Below are positions 24,480 to 36,805 of a DNA stretch of 64,000 bases, piece by piece. Source of the stretch: Macrostomum lignano. Its lineage: Eukaryota. The number at the start of each line of letters is the position of its first letter. Position 1 is the stretch's first letter. A program made the translations under genes and the position numbers. The stretch spans positions 682,001 through 746,000 of the forward strand of contig NIVC01000100.1 in NCBI GenBank assembly GCA_002269645.1, written 5' to 3'. The notes under the pieces are model-generated. The model made no database searches. It was given only the letters and a program-made list of their open reading frames with translations, and was not told where the DNA came from.

Positions 24480-27400
24480 AAACCCACCTCCTAAGCCTAA
24501 TCTCCAATGCCCGAACGGTAGACTGTTAATATTGTCATCAAAAATGAATCTCTTGTTTTCTGCACCTGACAGTCCAATCTTCTTTTGCTGAATTGTGTGA
24601 ATAATATGGTTTTTAGATTTTAAGCTTTGAGAACTCATGTGATGTCTTTTTGTTGCAATTCAAGGCGTCTCTGTATTCAGCTTCATTAATTTCCTTCCTA
24701 ACCACACGTTTCCGAATTCCCTTTGATTTTTTAATTGGGTCTGACGACTCACATTTAAAAAAATAGGACTTTGCTCTCAACCCAATGAATTCAGTGATTA
24801 TGTCACCAGCAATCTCGTCCTTCATTTTCCCAATCACTTTCTTGTTAGTGGCGTCAAACACTTGATCGCCATTCTGTGTCCTGCAAGATTCATCATACTC
24901 AGACAAGTCAAACAAATCTTTTTGCTGCAGCATGTCCCGATAAATGTCTTCTGTTTGAATGTCCATAATAAAACTGCCTGTGTCAGTGTACAAGAGTTTC
25001 ATTTTATCCTTGTACTGCTGCTTCATGCCATAGAAGAACTAGTACATCAGGACGTTTTGATTCGTCGAGAACAGTGACACCTGAATAGATCGGCTTGCGC
25101 AGCGTCACCTTGGTTTTGTAAAATATGATCACACCTAAGTAGCTATTAAAGATGTGGAGTTCTTTGAATGTTGGCTTTGACATATTTGCTTGAATAACAG
25201 CAGGCTCTGATGAGGTAACAAGTTTCAGGTTTGTTCTTTTCCGCTCATTCTCAAGAGTCTTGCCATAGACAGAGTTGTTGGCCAACTTAAAGAGGTTCTT
25301 GTCAAAGTCGTTGGTTGCTTTGGTCCTAAACTGGGTGTTCTTAATCAATGTAGGAATTCATCCACGCTTCCTCTGTAAATGTAAGAGCCCTGTGAACTTT
25401 GGTGACCCTGCAACCAAGTGAGATAAAAATACTGAAGCAGTTTGTAATGGATTTTGTAACGTGTCTTGTTGTTTAGATTCTGTGTTAGTTTCTCTGTATG
25501 TTCTGTTTCTGTTCTTGACAGGTGCCAAGTTCCATTGGGAGTTTCGATTATTTTCGGGCACTTGATGTTCTCTGGGAAGGGTGGAAAGTCAGAGAAATAG
25601 TCGTGAAGCTCTGGTGGAATGTAAACATCAACCTCATAAATGGCAGCCAATGAAAAATCCCATTCAAATTCTGATACGATTAGCCATCGAAAATCTCTAA
25701 CTGGAAGATCTTGACTTATCGCCCAACCGTAGAGATTATTAGCGTCCAAGTAAGTAATGTAGTTTGAGGGCTGCTCCTTATTGTAAGATTCAATGTAGGG
25801 ATTGTTTGCTTTTGCATACCTGTTAACACAAATTGAGATCGGCCCTCGCTTTGACGATTCTACAAAATTGTACATGTCAATGTCTCTAAGAAGTTCAATG
25901 TACCAATCTGGATCTTGATCCCATTTCATTTTAAGCAAAGATTCCCAGCTAGTGGCAGGCAGAGACATAATGTGCTGGATCGAGGCCATATGCTGTGTAC
26001 CAGGTGTATCTGAAGGTTTCAAACACATCGGCCAGCAGAAACACATCTGTGTAGAGGTAAAGCAGGTGATACTGGAAGAAGTTTCGACAATTAAAGTAAT
26101 TATAGACATGCTTCGCGTGCTCATAGTCTTTGTCAGAGATTCCAGAGTCTGTTAGCTTTGAAAAGAACTTCTCCAGTGTTGGTAAACCTTCTTCAAATAC
26201 GTGATACCCAGTAATATTCTCATAGGGGTAGAAGCCTTTCTTTCTTAAAAGTTTAAATGATTCATCACTGTTGTTAATTTTACTTGCAAATGTGATAAAT
26301 AGGCAATTAGATAATAGCATGCACGGTAAGCAATTATTTAGGCCCTAGACAAACCTACTTGGAGCGTTCGAAGATTTTAAAACTATTAATCCTAATCGCC
26401 TATCGCCGGTCGGCGAGTCCTACCAGTCTTTCTCCAATAGCCGCAGGTACAGTACAAGAAAATAAAGAACACGAGGGAACACAAACCGGAAGATTTAGAG
26501 AGTGATTATCCTATGATACAAACTGATAATTGGCTAGACGATTTAATTTGATTACTCAAGCTACAGGATTTAAGCAATTCGCGACGCAGATAATTAGACT
26601 GATGATAACGGATAGTAACGATTAATAATAATGATTATATTACGCACTGACAAGCGGATCTCAGCTTGAAGAAGAAGAAGGAGGCACCGAACACAGGACC
26701 ACGGAGAAAGACTCCTAACCCCTGGCCTAAGCCAGAACCTACTCTCAAACGAGAGCCCTGCCGAACCGACCGTTCAACGGAGTACCGACTAAATTCTATC
26801 GGCACTGCCCTTCAGTGTAACACTGAGGCCCTCGGGGTCGAGGCCGCGTACTTGATCAGATCCGACAGTCTCTAACTAACCGCGCTTGATAGCGACGACT
26901 TCAGACAGAAATTTGCCGTAGACGTTACGCCACAAGACTACTGCGGTTGGGCGGGAACAAAAATATGGACCGGGGGTGATAAATTCAGGCGCCTCAAAGC
27001 GCGAACCAAAGGGGAACAGCTAGGCCACCGGCCGGGAGACAAGACAAAACCGGGGAAAGAGAGCAAGCGAGATCCGATTGCCAAAACACACTTTCATTTA
27101 TAGTCAGAGTCACAACGCCTCAAAACCCCCTCAAGCCGGGTGGTGGTCGTCTGGCCGGCCGCTCGCTTAAGCCGAATTGCACTGTGCCCGCGGCGCCGGG
27201 TAGAATTGGAACTTGCCGCGTGCCAGGGTCCAGGCCGGTTCTGATTGGCTGACCGCGCAAAGCTGGGGTTCGCAGACAAACTCAACCCTCCGCTGAGTCA
27301 CAAATGGCGTCTAACTCTAACCTGTTTACGCAAAATTGATTCCAACTAACAAGGAAAAAGTACACCAAAAACGTATGACTAAACTAAAGCAAAATAATAA

Positions 27401-29220
27401 TTCAATAACAATATAGAAACTAATGCAGTCAATTTACAACAAAATACACGCAAAGATGCTCACACTACACAAACATATTTGTATCTGTACATTGTTAATC
27501 TTTTAGATTCATGCTTGGTTCGTCTAGACTGGCAGCTAGAAATTGATATGAATCCTTCAGTCTTATCTTACCTTCACTCGAACCGATACATTTACCTGAA
27601 TTATCCTGTTTAATATCAACACACTTAAACTTCTTGTTCTCTGCGATGCAGTCAAGGTGTATGTCTGGAATCATGCCGATTTTTTCAACTATTAAATGCA
27701 TGTCATAGTTCTTTGCGTTGTGACAAAATATCGTTAGATCATGAATGTTCGATTTTAGCTTTAGATTACAGGTGTTATGCGCTGCACCTCTAAATTTCCC
27801 AGTATAGTGGCAGTGGTCCCTAACGGTGGGGTTTTTAATATCAGTGCAAGTTAACTGTTTCCTGCAGATGTGGCAATGAGTTGCTGATAGGAAATTGCTT
27901 TCATCCTCCTCAGTCATCATTATTGGAACAGGTTGAAGGGTGCTAATCACTTTTTGCAACTCTAACATTCTGGCAATAAACTGCTCAACACACTCCTCTC
28001 CAAAGAAATAATTATACTCATCAAGTCCCTTTGTAGTAATAAAGGCATATGCCACTGAATTGGGGACATGTTTTTGAGTTTGAGTTTGTTTTTGAGTTTC
28101 TGGCATGATTGAGCATTCGAAATCAGCATATACAACAAATGGGAGCTTCTCCATCTTGTGATAGTTCTTAAACCGGAGATACTTCTCTTCAGCTGAAGGA
28201 AGAGAGCAGTTGGTCGGGTGATCCTCACATGATAATTCATGCTCTGCTAGTTTTTCAAAACGTTCAGGTCTACTGTAATGCTTAAAGCACAAGCGGCAGA
28301 TGGCAACAGCCTCGTGATGATTATTCAACTGCTTGTGAATGAGTCTTGAAAGATATTTAATCCAAACATAGTGAGCCTCCTCTAGTAAATTACCAATCAC
28401 TAGAAGATCCACTTCAGTCCACCTTTTCCCCTCAGGATCTAAAACGTCTTTGCTACATCTGACTGGTTGAACTTTCTCAGTTTTTTCACTCCACTTAAAG
28501 ACTGTGATTCTAATTTTGTTATTAAACACTTCTTCTAGCTTTGAAATCTGCGAGATCGCCAAGCCTCCTTTGTCAAACCTGACCCCCTTCTTTTCGCATT
28601 TGATAAGATAGTCGTTAAAATAAATTTGATAATTTGAGGTTCTTTCGGGGTGGTGAAGGACACTATCATGAAGAAGTGCAGAGAGAACTGCCCATAGAGC
28701 ACAACAATTGTCTTTATTTTTAACATTTATGCAAGCTTTTTTGCCGGCTAGCTTTTGCGGGAGCTCTATATAAGAGGAGGCTTTAAGTGGGTCATATTTC
28801 ATGACCATAACAGTCGCTCTTTGAATCCCTCCTACGACCCATCCGGAACCTCTGGATGTAAACGCTTCAATTTTCTTAGTGACATCTTGAAGGAAAGGAT
28901 CCAGTGTGTATGTAGGGGTGAATGGCTTTGCCTTTGTTGTCATGTAATACTCGAGATGCTCAGTGGGTTTTGCAGGCATATAAAACGCAATCTTGAATGA
29001 TATCTGTAGTTTAAAGGTCTTGCGTGTTTTGAGTGTGTGATCAACAACTGATTGGATGCTGTCTTTATAGTCGTAGATGTTTGCGGTGGTATCATTAATT
29101 GGACTTTCCAAAGCATCCTATCTCCGATTAAAAAACCTACTAGGTAGTACCTTGTTGCAAGAGGGTTTTTCATGGGTTTTTCAGCCGTCACTAGTTCCAT
29201 GTTATTTTTTCATTGGCTGC
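24480..29220 (-). pseudogene. Protein-primed family B DNA polymerase (pPolB) with EndoVII-like HNH motif; several frameshifts; split by solo LTR A2
   Basis: RGSGW, VRDHCHYTGKFRGAAHNTCN, HNAKNYD, KGFYPYE, YLDANNLYGWA, KLANNSVYGKT, YTDTGS (DTD degenerate), K..LS..ENKR. Confidence 0.93.
26291..27469 (-). mobile_element. Solo LTR A2 (1179 bp), same family as A1, inverted
   Basis: TG...CA ends; 4-bp TSD CAAA (26287-26290, 27470-27473); reverse-complement similarity to 8647-9791. Confidence 0.9.
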
Positions 29221-29316
29221 CATGAATTTTGCCACGCCGGCTGCCATAAATTCGCAGGTTTTGGTTTTGGTTTTAGTTTTCGTTTTACGTTTAGAATTTA
29301 GCTCAACTAGCATCAC

Positions 29317-29810
29317 AATGCCGTCTGCTAATGAACTCAAAAAGCGATACAACGAGGTTAGGAAAAACAAGGAGAAGACCCTAAAAATCATCAGGTCACT
29401 TAATAATCGAAGTATCCTAAAGGTTGACCTGAGTATTCTAGAGGGCATGGACACATTTTATTCATTCGTCAATGAGGAACAACTACTTAAACATTTAGGT
29501 CTCTTTCTGAAACATAAACGCATGGAGTCCCATAACGCCATCAAATACCGAAATATGGTCGACGCTGCAATTACCGTTCAAGAAGAACAAGAACGATCTC
29601 CACCACCATACGACACCGTTACCAAATGGACATTCTGGTGGAGGAACTGGACACTCTGGTGGAGGTACTGGACATTCTGGTGGAGGTACTGGACATTCTG
29701 GAGGAGGTACTAGACATCCTAGTGGAGCAGAAGAGCTACCAGATTATGATGACGTAGAAATGGAAGACGCCCCAGAGAATCTGAATCGCTTCCGCTTTCA
29801 CAGTGGATGA
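29317..29810 (+). pseudogene. Uncharacterised Maverick ORF divergent from pPolB, containing a 21-bp tandem repeat (29627-29731)
   Basis: ATG MPSANELKKRY...; about five copies of TGGACATTCTGGTGGAGGTAC. Confidence 0.4.
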
Positions 29811-30219
29811 AATTCCACGGGTGGTTTTGTAGCGAGTTTGCTACAAGCTAAGCTTAAGATTGAACCAAAAGCAAGTATATTTAAGATTTTAACATATGAC
29901 CGCGCACCTAGGCTCTCTAGATCTTTCAGGACTGTAAGATATGTGGGCGGTATGAGTAGTCTTTGGCAATCAACAAGCATAAACACGCACAAGACTATAT
30001 ATGATTAGCTACAAGTATGTGATTACGCTATAGTTTCATACAGTTTGGATTAACCGATAAATTTTATGCTATTGTATTTGGATAGAACAACTCTTTGAAT
30101 AAAAATATACCATCTTTTGGATATAAACTAGTTTTTGTCTCACTTTATTCTCTTTTTAAAATGCCTCTGATTTCTCAAGCAGAATATAAAAGAAACTATA
30201 GATGCGCAGGCTTGGCCCA

Positions 30220-30541
30220 TGGGGAGAAGAATGCAGATTATTTTCTGATTGTTTCGAAGATGCTGCGGGTGGATGTCTATGTAGGACGCCTGTTGTGCTC
30301 TGATAATATGGATGGATTTAGGGGGATTATGGATGACGTTTTCGGAGTAAGTAGGACACCTGTTATGCTCTGATTCTGTCAGGGATAATATGGATGGATT
30401 TAATAGGATTATGTTCAAAGTTTTCGGAGCAAGTGCGACCCCCTTTTTTCTGATTCTGTCGGAGATAATATGGATGAATTTAATGGGATTATAGAGGACG
30501 TGAAAAAATTTGTCCCAGAAGCCGCCCTCATGCATTCTACT
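30220..30541 (-). repeat. Right terminal inverted repeat of the Maverick
   Basis: Reverse complement of 7993-8403; ends ...CATTCTACT followed by TSD CATGCT. Confidence 0.9.
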
Positions 30542-32264
30542 CATGCTTTTGCTTCATTTTTTTCAGTTTTTATATGTATTTTGCTTAGTAACAACTTGTT
30601 GGGCGACATGTTTAAATTTTACTGTAGCTGTAGTGTATTTCTAGTCAGTTTAGTAACTTTTTTAGTAACCTTTAATCTGTGCTTTATTTGATCTTATTTC
30701 CTATCATTAAAAATGTTGCCTATTTGCTTTCCTGGTAATAAGTACATTTTCTTGTAAGCATTTGTACTTGTATTAATATTTTTATACCATAAAATATTTT
30801 GTTGGCCAGAAGTGGTTTACCTTTGCTGGCAGCTAAAAATTGAAATAAAAATAAATAAGTTTCAGCAACCAACCCTAAACACGTACCGTACTAGGGAAGA
30901 AAATATTTCTAGACATCAATATCCCAAGTCATTTTCTAATTGGACCTATAAAATCCTGAATGCAAATGTGGGTAATGTAACGAAAAAAATGCTTCATATT
31001 CTACTAATAGTAGAATAGAAGACAAATTTTCCAGTACTAAAATAGTCCCGCGTCAGTAGTGAATGGACGTCATTTTGACTATAAAACTTTGTACATAATG
31101 GGTACCAGAGGACTCTGATTTCAGGAGGTCATTTGGACCATTTTTTGACACCAGGTAGCCTTAAATTCAAGTTCATGATTGTCTTTTATTCATCCTTTTC
31201 TTTGGTCATGTATTAGTTCACTGACTAAAAAATGCTTCAGATTTTTAAGCATTTTAGGACCAAATAGTCATGACATAACACTATTTTTGACAGTGTAACT
31301 TTGAATTTTATCTGTTAATGTTATGACCTTATTTATATGGAATGGCCCATAACACAGAAGGTCCAACCTCAGAAAGAACCTAATCACTGCCAGTTGCAGG
31401 ATAAATTATAAAATTCCAGAATAGTTTCACATAAACTGAGCTAAATTGGCATGTTATCCTAGACCTAAAGTAGTATATGTACAAATAAAATGCAAAATAA
31501 TTGATAGAATCTATCCTAAAAAAATAAAAGAATGAGTTATGAAGTATGAATTATATTTATGTATAGCTAGTATTATAATATAATAATTTTCCCAATTGTA
31601 AAAGCCTTTTTACAAAAAAAAATTCAACTCAATTTAGTAGTATAGCAGGGTTCCACTTAAAAAAAAATATTATTGGGTGCTTTGTAATCTGACAATTAAA
31701 TAAAATGCTCCTGGGTCTAAAGCTACTATAAAACCAAGTTATTGTTATTAACTATACTTTGGCTTTAAGCTAAATTCCTACTTGTTTTTTTTCTCCAAAT
31801 AAGTTTTTTATTTCAATTATATTATAATAAAAAGTGAGCTAAAATTGAGTAAATCTTTTATTAAGTTTTTTTCTTCAAATATCATTCTGATATTGTTGTA
31901 TTTAAAAGACAATATACTGATGTAGTGTATTTGTTTTAATAAAAAGACCTTCCAATATAAGTATTAGATACGTTATAAAGCATTTCTAGGAAAATAACAT
32001 ATTTCAAATCTGCACAAAAAAGAAGTCATTATTATTTTTTGTTTTACTGTTGTGAGTTCAAATAACATTTCAGGAAATAATTTTTTTAATACATTTCACA
32101 ACTAGTATAAATAGGAGCCCAGAATGGGCCTAAAGAAGTCAACTGGGAAAACTTGTCTAACTGTCCTTAGGCTTGTCTACCGCAATTTGTGAGTTCTATT
32201 AAATCCTATTTGCAAGACTTAAAGACTTATTCATTTCCTAGTGTAAGAACCCCAATTGGGAGTA

Positions 32265-33563
32265 CGAGGGTCAGTCAAAAAGTAATGATAATACTATTGT
32301 AATTCCTAAAATATATGGTGTATCAAAGTGAAACTGGTTTCATTTAAAAAATAGTCTTTTCTTCTTTATTTAATAGAATTTTGGTCACTCTAGAATGATA
32401 TATGTCTGCTTGTGAAGCTCTAAACACAGTATACCCCTTTCAGCCATGGAAAATTCAAAAATCAAAGCTTGCATCAATGCAAAGTTTCTAGTGAAACTTG
32501 GCTGGAAGCCAGCCGACATTATTGAGGCCTTCAAGAAGGTCTACGGTGATACTGCGCCATCTGATCCGATGCTTTACTACTGGATTCAAGCCTTTAAGGA
32601 AGGCCAAGAATCCGTAAAAGATGCCTAGCAGTCTGGCAGGCCAACGACATCGAGCATAGAAGACAATGTGGCGGCTATGCAGCAGCTAATTGATCAGGAT
32701 CGCTGTGTGACTATTGATGAGATAGCTGAGGTAGTGGGTATTTCTCACGGCAGTGCCCACTCAATTGTCACCATCAGCCTTGGTCTGAGCAAGCTGAGTG
32801 CCCACTGGGTACTGCGGCTGTTGCGGCCTGAACACCAGGTTCAGCGCACTGAATGTGCCATCAGCCTGCTGAACCGCCTGGATGCCAACTTCGAAGACTT
32901 CTACCAGCGATTGGAGACCGGCGATGAAATGTGGATATATCAGTACAATCCCGAGTCCAAAGTCCAGTCTAAGGAGTGGCTGCCACGTGGTTCAGTGGGT
33001 CCTAAGAAGTTCCGTGCCGAGCGGTCAGCAGCAAAGGTCTTGGCGACTGTGTTCTGGGATGCTGAGGGAGTTGTGATGGTTGACTTCCTAGAAAGCCAGA
33101 AAACCATCAATGCCATCTACTACGAGTTGCTTTTGCGAAAGCTCCGCACCAAACTGGCCAAAAAGTGACCTGGCAAGCTGCACCATGGAGTGCTCTTCCA
33201 CCACAACAATGCACCAGCCCACACTTCTTGACTGTGCCGGGAGGCTCTGCGAGATTTCTGCTAGGAAATACTTCAGCATCCTCTGTACAGCCCTGATTTG
33301 GCTCCTTCAGACTTTTTTTTGTTTCCAAAGCTGAAGGAGGCGATCAAGGGAGTTTGACATGACAGCAAAGAGGCTGCCAAGAAGGCTACCGTACAGTGGC
33401 TTGCTGCGCAGCCTCCTGCCTTCTACACAAATGGCCTGGAGAGATGGCGACACTGCATGGAGAAGTATCTGACCCTAGAGGGGATTATGTAGAAAAGTAG
33501 ATTTGTGCGTGAAGCTTGAAGCTCGTGACAATAATATTATCATTACTTTTTGACTGACCCTCG
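32265..33563 (+). mobile_element. Full-length mariner (Tc1/mariner) DNA transposon, 1299 bp
   Basis: TIRs CGAGGGTCAGTCAAAAAGTAATGATAAT at both ends; TA TSD on both sides. Confidence 0.95.
32446..33500 (+). pseudogene. Mariner D,D34D transposase pseudogene
   Basis: SGRP, WVLRLL (WVPR-like), TGDEMW, HHNNAPAH, YSPDLAPSDF; five in-frame stops. Confidence 0.93.
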
Positions 33564-33624
33564 TATTGTTAGAAAACTGCTAAAAAGTGAGAGAATTGAC
33601 TAAGAGTAGAAAGGACCTACAGAG

Positions 33625-33730
33625 TAGCAGGTCGCCTCAGGGCAGAGAAAACGCTTCATAGCAGGAGAAGATTGCCTCAGGGCAGAGAAAATGCTTCATA
33701 GCAGGAAAAGATCGCCTCAGGGCAGAAAAG
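33625..33730. repeat. Short 40-bp tandem repeat (about 2.5 copies)
   Basis: GCCTCAGGGCAGA recurs with period 40. Confidence 0.8.
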
Positions 33731-33924
33731 GAGCATAAGCTATGACCCTCTGATCCAGAGAACACCCAGGGCTAAGAGAATAATATCTTTAGAGGAGTAC
33801 GAGTATAGGAATAGGATAGACAGTGCCATTAGACCACTGAGGCCAGAAAGTACAATAGAAGTACATACGCTACCAATAGAAGTACATGTGCTACCAGTAG
33901 AAAGGCAATTAATCATGCTTGGGA

Positions 33925-34076
33925 GCAACCTAGGGATTCACCTGGCCGTTTCTATTGGCAACACACACATGTAAGTCGCTATTAGACAGAATAGTAGTCA
34001 CGTGACTGCTCTCAGCCAATAGCGACTTACATGTGTGTATTGCCAATAGAAACGGCCGGGTGATTCCCGAGGTTGC
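33925..34076. repeat. 152-bp near-perfect palindrome (MITE-like fold-back)
   Basis: About 59-bp arms GCAACCTAGGGATTCACCTGGCCGTTTCTATTGGCAA...; centre contains AGTCACGTGACT. Confidence 0.85.
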
Positions 34077-34448
34077 GCATGTATGCAATTAATAACCAGT
34101 AGGATTGTTAAGAAGAAATAGCCCTACAACAACTTTGGTGGTAGCAAGTAAGACTAAACAAAAGAATAATTTAGAGCCCTGGGACAATATCTTTTAAAAC
34201 ATAAAACGTTACTATTAAAACACTTTTTATCTTAGTATTATTACTGAATTTCAATATATTTCATAAAGCAATTATAAGCACTAGTGCCTAATTATATTTC
34301 ATGGAAGATTAAGTCATAGAGATATTAGAATTAGAGTTCTATAATATAATTTTATTGGTAATACTTATTTTGAACTATTTTGCTTAGATTTTTTATTTGA
34401 ATTATTGCTAGAACTATTGTTTATACATTTTATCTTAATGTTCTAACT

Positions 34449-35366
34449 TGTAGTGACTGGCTGCTAACTGGCTATTCAGCAGCATTCACTAGCTTTCCCT
34501 AAGGGCGCTGTGATCCGCTGCACAGTGGCTCAGTCCACCTGATCTAGTGAGAGAGTTACCCTGTGCTGGGCCTAAGTGTTTACTGCCCGATGACTCATTG
34601 CCTGAGCGGGCGCGGGCAGCCACACTCAATGTCTTCCCACTCGCGCTGAGGAGGCGTAGCAGGATGACTCATCACCTGCGCGGAGTGTAAGGGCTGCCAG
34701 AGGGAGTAAACAGGATGACTCATCCGCCCCAGTTCTATTTTTAGCACAGACTAAGCACGTGACTGTGCACGCACACTGTGCGTGGCCACTGACCTTGAGT
34801 CACGCCACTGCTGCGTGACAGGGTTGCCTTATTTGGAAGTTGGCCTTGAATCACGCGTCGTTCGCATGATTTCAATGCCCAAATAAGGAAGTTTCACGCG
34901 CTCACCGCATGAAACTCACGTGACTTTTGGGGGTCCGCTCGGCTATAAATACGGAGCATCTGCGAGCCATTTTTCTCCAGGCTGCGTCGTCTCGCGGAGC
35001 ATTGTGGCTAACTCGTGAAGCCTCTGCCTCCGAGCTCTCCTCCCTCATTTCAGGTTTTACAGGTTTTCAGGTCCGAGCAGCATTCAACTAAGACGATCGA
35101 CTGTCGAGACATTTACAGATTTGGCCTTTGCTCCGAGTATCTTCGTTAATTTTATTTTAGGTGACGGATAGACAACTCTGTCGACGCGTCGAGTCCGCAC
35201 ACCAAGGTGGCAGCAACCCTACCAAGTCAAGGCTAACGTTTTAGGTTCAATTTTCAGGCAAATCGATAGGACTGAAGCAAAAGGCAAACGTTACACTGGT
35301 GGCAGCGGTGGGATACAAAGACCTGCCAGGCCACCACGAGACAACCCAGAGACAACCAACGTTACA
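34449..35366 (+). repeat. 5' LTR of element C (918 bp)
   Basis: Matches the 3' LTR apart from one 3-bp indel and two substitutions that I could see; TATA CTATAAAT near 34943. Confidence 0.95.
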
Positions 35367-35367
35367 C

Positions 35368-35389
35368 TGGTGGCAGCGGTGGGATTCGA
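35368..35389 (+). promoter_or_regulatory. Primer-binding site complementary to the tRNA-Leu 3' end
   Basis: TGGTGGCAGCGGTGGGATTCGA is the reverse complement of TCGAATCCCACCGCTGCCA+CCA; it lies 1 nt after the LTR end. Confidence 0.9.
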
Positions 35390-35505
35390 GATTCGAGACA
35401 AAGGATTCGAGATTCGAGACAAAGGATTCGAGATTCGAGACAAAGAATTCGAGATTCGAGACAAAGGATTCGAGATTCGAGACAAAGGATTCGAGATTCG
35501 AGATA
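35382..35505 (+). repeat. 21-bp tandem repeat (GGATTCGAGATTCGAGACAAA) x about 6, starting inside the PBS
   Basis: Directly visible. Confidence 0.92.
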
Positions 35506-35619
35506 CGGAATACAACAAGCAAGCAGGAGAACGTCACCGAATCGACGTCAACGTCACTCAACTATCACCCTTTCGGACACGTCATCAGTCACGCCTACAA
35601 CGACTAAGTCAGCATCAAG

Positions 35620-36780
35620 ATGTATCACGACAGTGATCGAGAAGATTTCATCGGTGATCAACAGCACACGCGTCAGGACAACGGAAACTCCGCCGCAGCT
35701 GCTGCAGGTTCGCCCATACCATGTGGTTTAAGATTTAATTTTAGAGACGACTCAAGAGAGGAGGAGGAAGATCCATTTGCAGGACTCAACAACCCGGACA
35801 TGATCCGCAGGATGCTGCAGGCCATGCAACGTCAGCTCGATCTACAGCCTAAGAAGCAAGTCAAGATGAAGAGCTATACGCCATCGCAGGACATCCGCGT
35901 TTGGTTAAAGGCTTTCGACCTACGATGCGAGGCAGAAGATCTACAGGATGAAGACGACAAGAAGGCTCAATTGCTGGCGAATTTAGACTTAAATTCGGCC
36001 TACGCCGCGGTACTTCGCATGAGGCTGCCCGACCGCATCAGCTATCGACAGCTTCAGCAACGACTAATAGAGAGATTCGCACGACTCTCTGGACCAGACG
36101 AATATCGAGAGGAATTCAGAGGTCGCAGCCAGCGCAAGAACGAATCAACGGAAGATTACGCCGATGATCTGCAGGAGCTAGGAGAGCAAGCCTTCCCTTG
36201 GCTCGAGCCTCGCCATCTAGAGCAAGAACTGATTGACCAGTTCCTGCGAGGGATTCGCACGTCATCAGACTGCCGCGAGAAACTTTTCTGGATCCGACCT
36301 ACGACACTCAGCGAAGCCTTGTGAGCACTGAAGAGGATGGAATTAGCCAAAGACCTGGCTCATCGTTCGAAGGAGCCCCCGGTCAGAATGTTGGACGGGG
36401 AGGGACAAGCCTCGAAGGAGCCAAACAACAGCGCCCTTCGAAGTTGGAAAAGGTCGTTGAGAAACAAGCGGAAATGATGCAGCAACAGCAGCATCTACTC
36501 AACACGTTGGCTCAGCAAGTCGCAGCCAATCAAGTGGTCAGTCAAGCGAACCGACCGCCGCACTACACGTACTACGAGTATCAGCAAGAAGGACACAAGG
36601 CGAGAGAATGTCCGTATAGACGCCAATCAACTCAGCAGTTTACGGGAAACGGCCGGCCGGAGGACGTAAACGGCAACGCCCCCCGAGCTCCAGCCCAGGC
36701 TATGCAGCCGACACCGAACACGCCCCGGAAGAGTATGGCCCCGCAGCCGCGGCAGCTGACTCGTCCGAGTCGTCAGTAAT
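35620..36780 (+). pseudogene. Gypsy C gag (capsid-like domain plus degenerate zinc knuckle)
   Basis: QRKNESTEDYADDLQELGEQAFP...LIDQFLRGI; TGA at 36322; knuckle reads YYEYQQEGHKARECP. Confidence 0.85.
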
Positions 36781-36805
36781 CGAAGAAACGGACGATGGAG
36801 GTTTC

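Larger units (their letters stand above)
7993..30541. mobile_element. Maverick/Polinton (adintovirus-like) endogenous DNA virus, decayed, with nested LTR insertions
   Basis: Inverted terminal repeats, 6-bp TSD CATGCT (7987-7992 and 30542-30547), terminus (A/G)GTAGAATGCATG, and hallmark genes mCP, MCP, ATPase, protease and pPolB. Confidence 0.93.

Noticed and set aside
8647-27469. The long inverted repeat as Maverick TIRs, or as evidence of an inversion
   Set aside because: Each copy has TG...CA ends and its own matching 4-bp TSD, so they are independent solo LTRs and no inversion has occurred. The true TIRs lie further out.
29213-29713. Trp-rich peptide (WTFWWRY repeats)
   Set aside because: Most likely an off-frame reading of a 21-bp tandem repeat; the alternative frame gives an ordinary acidic repeat.
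35297-35337. Module hairpin as a CCA-ended self-primer
   Set aside because: Element C ends the stem in GCCACCA like tRNA-Leu, but both D units read GCCACCC, so the CCA end is not conserved.
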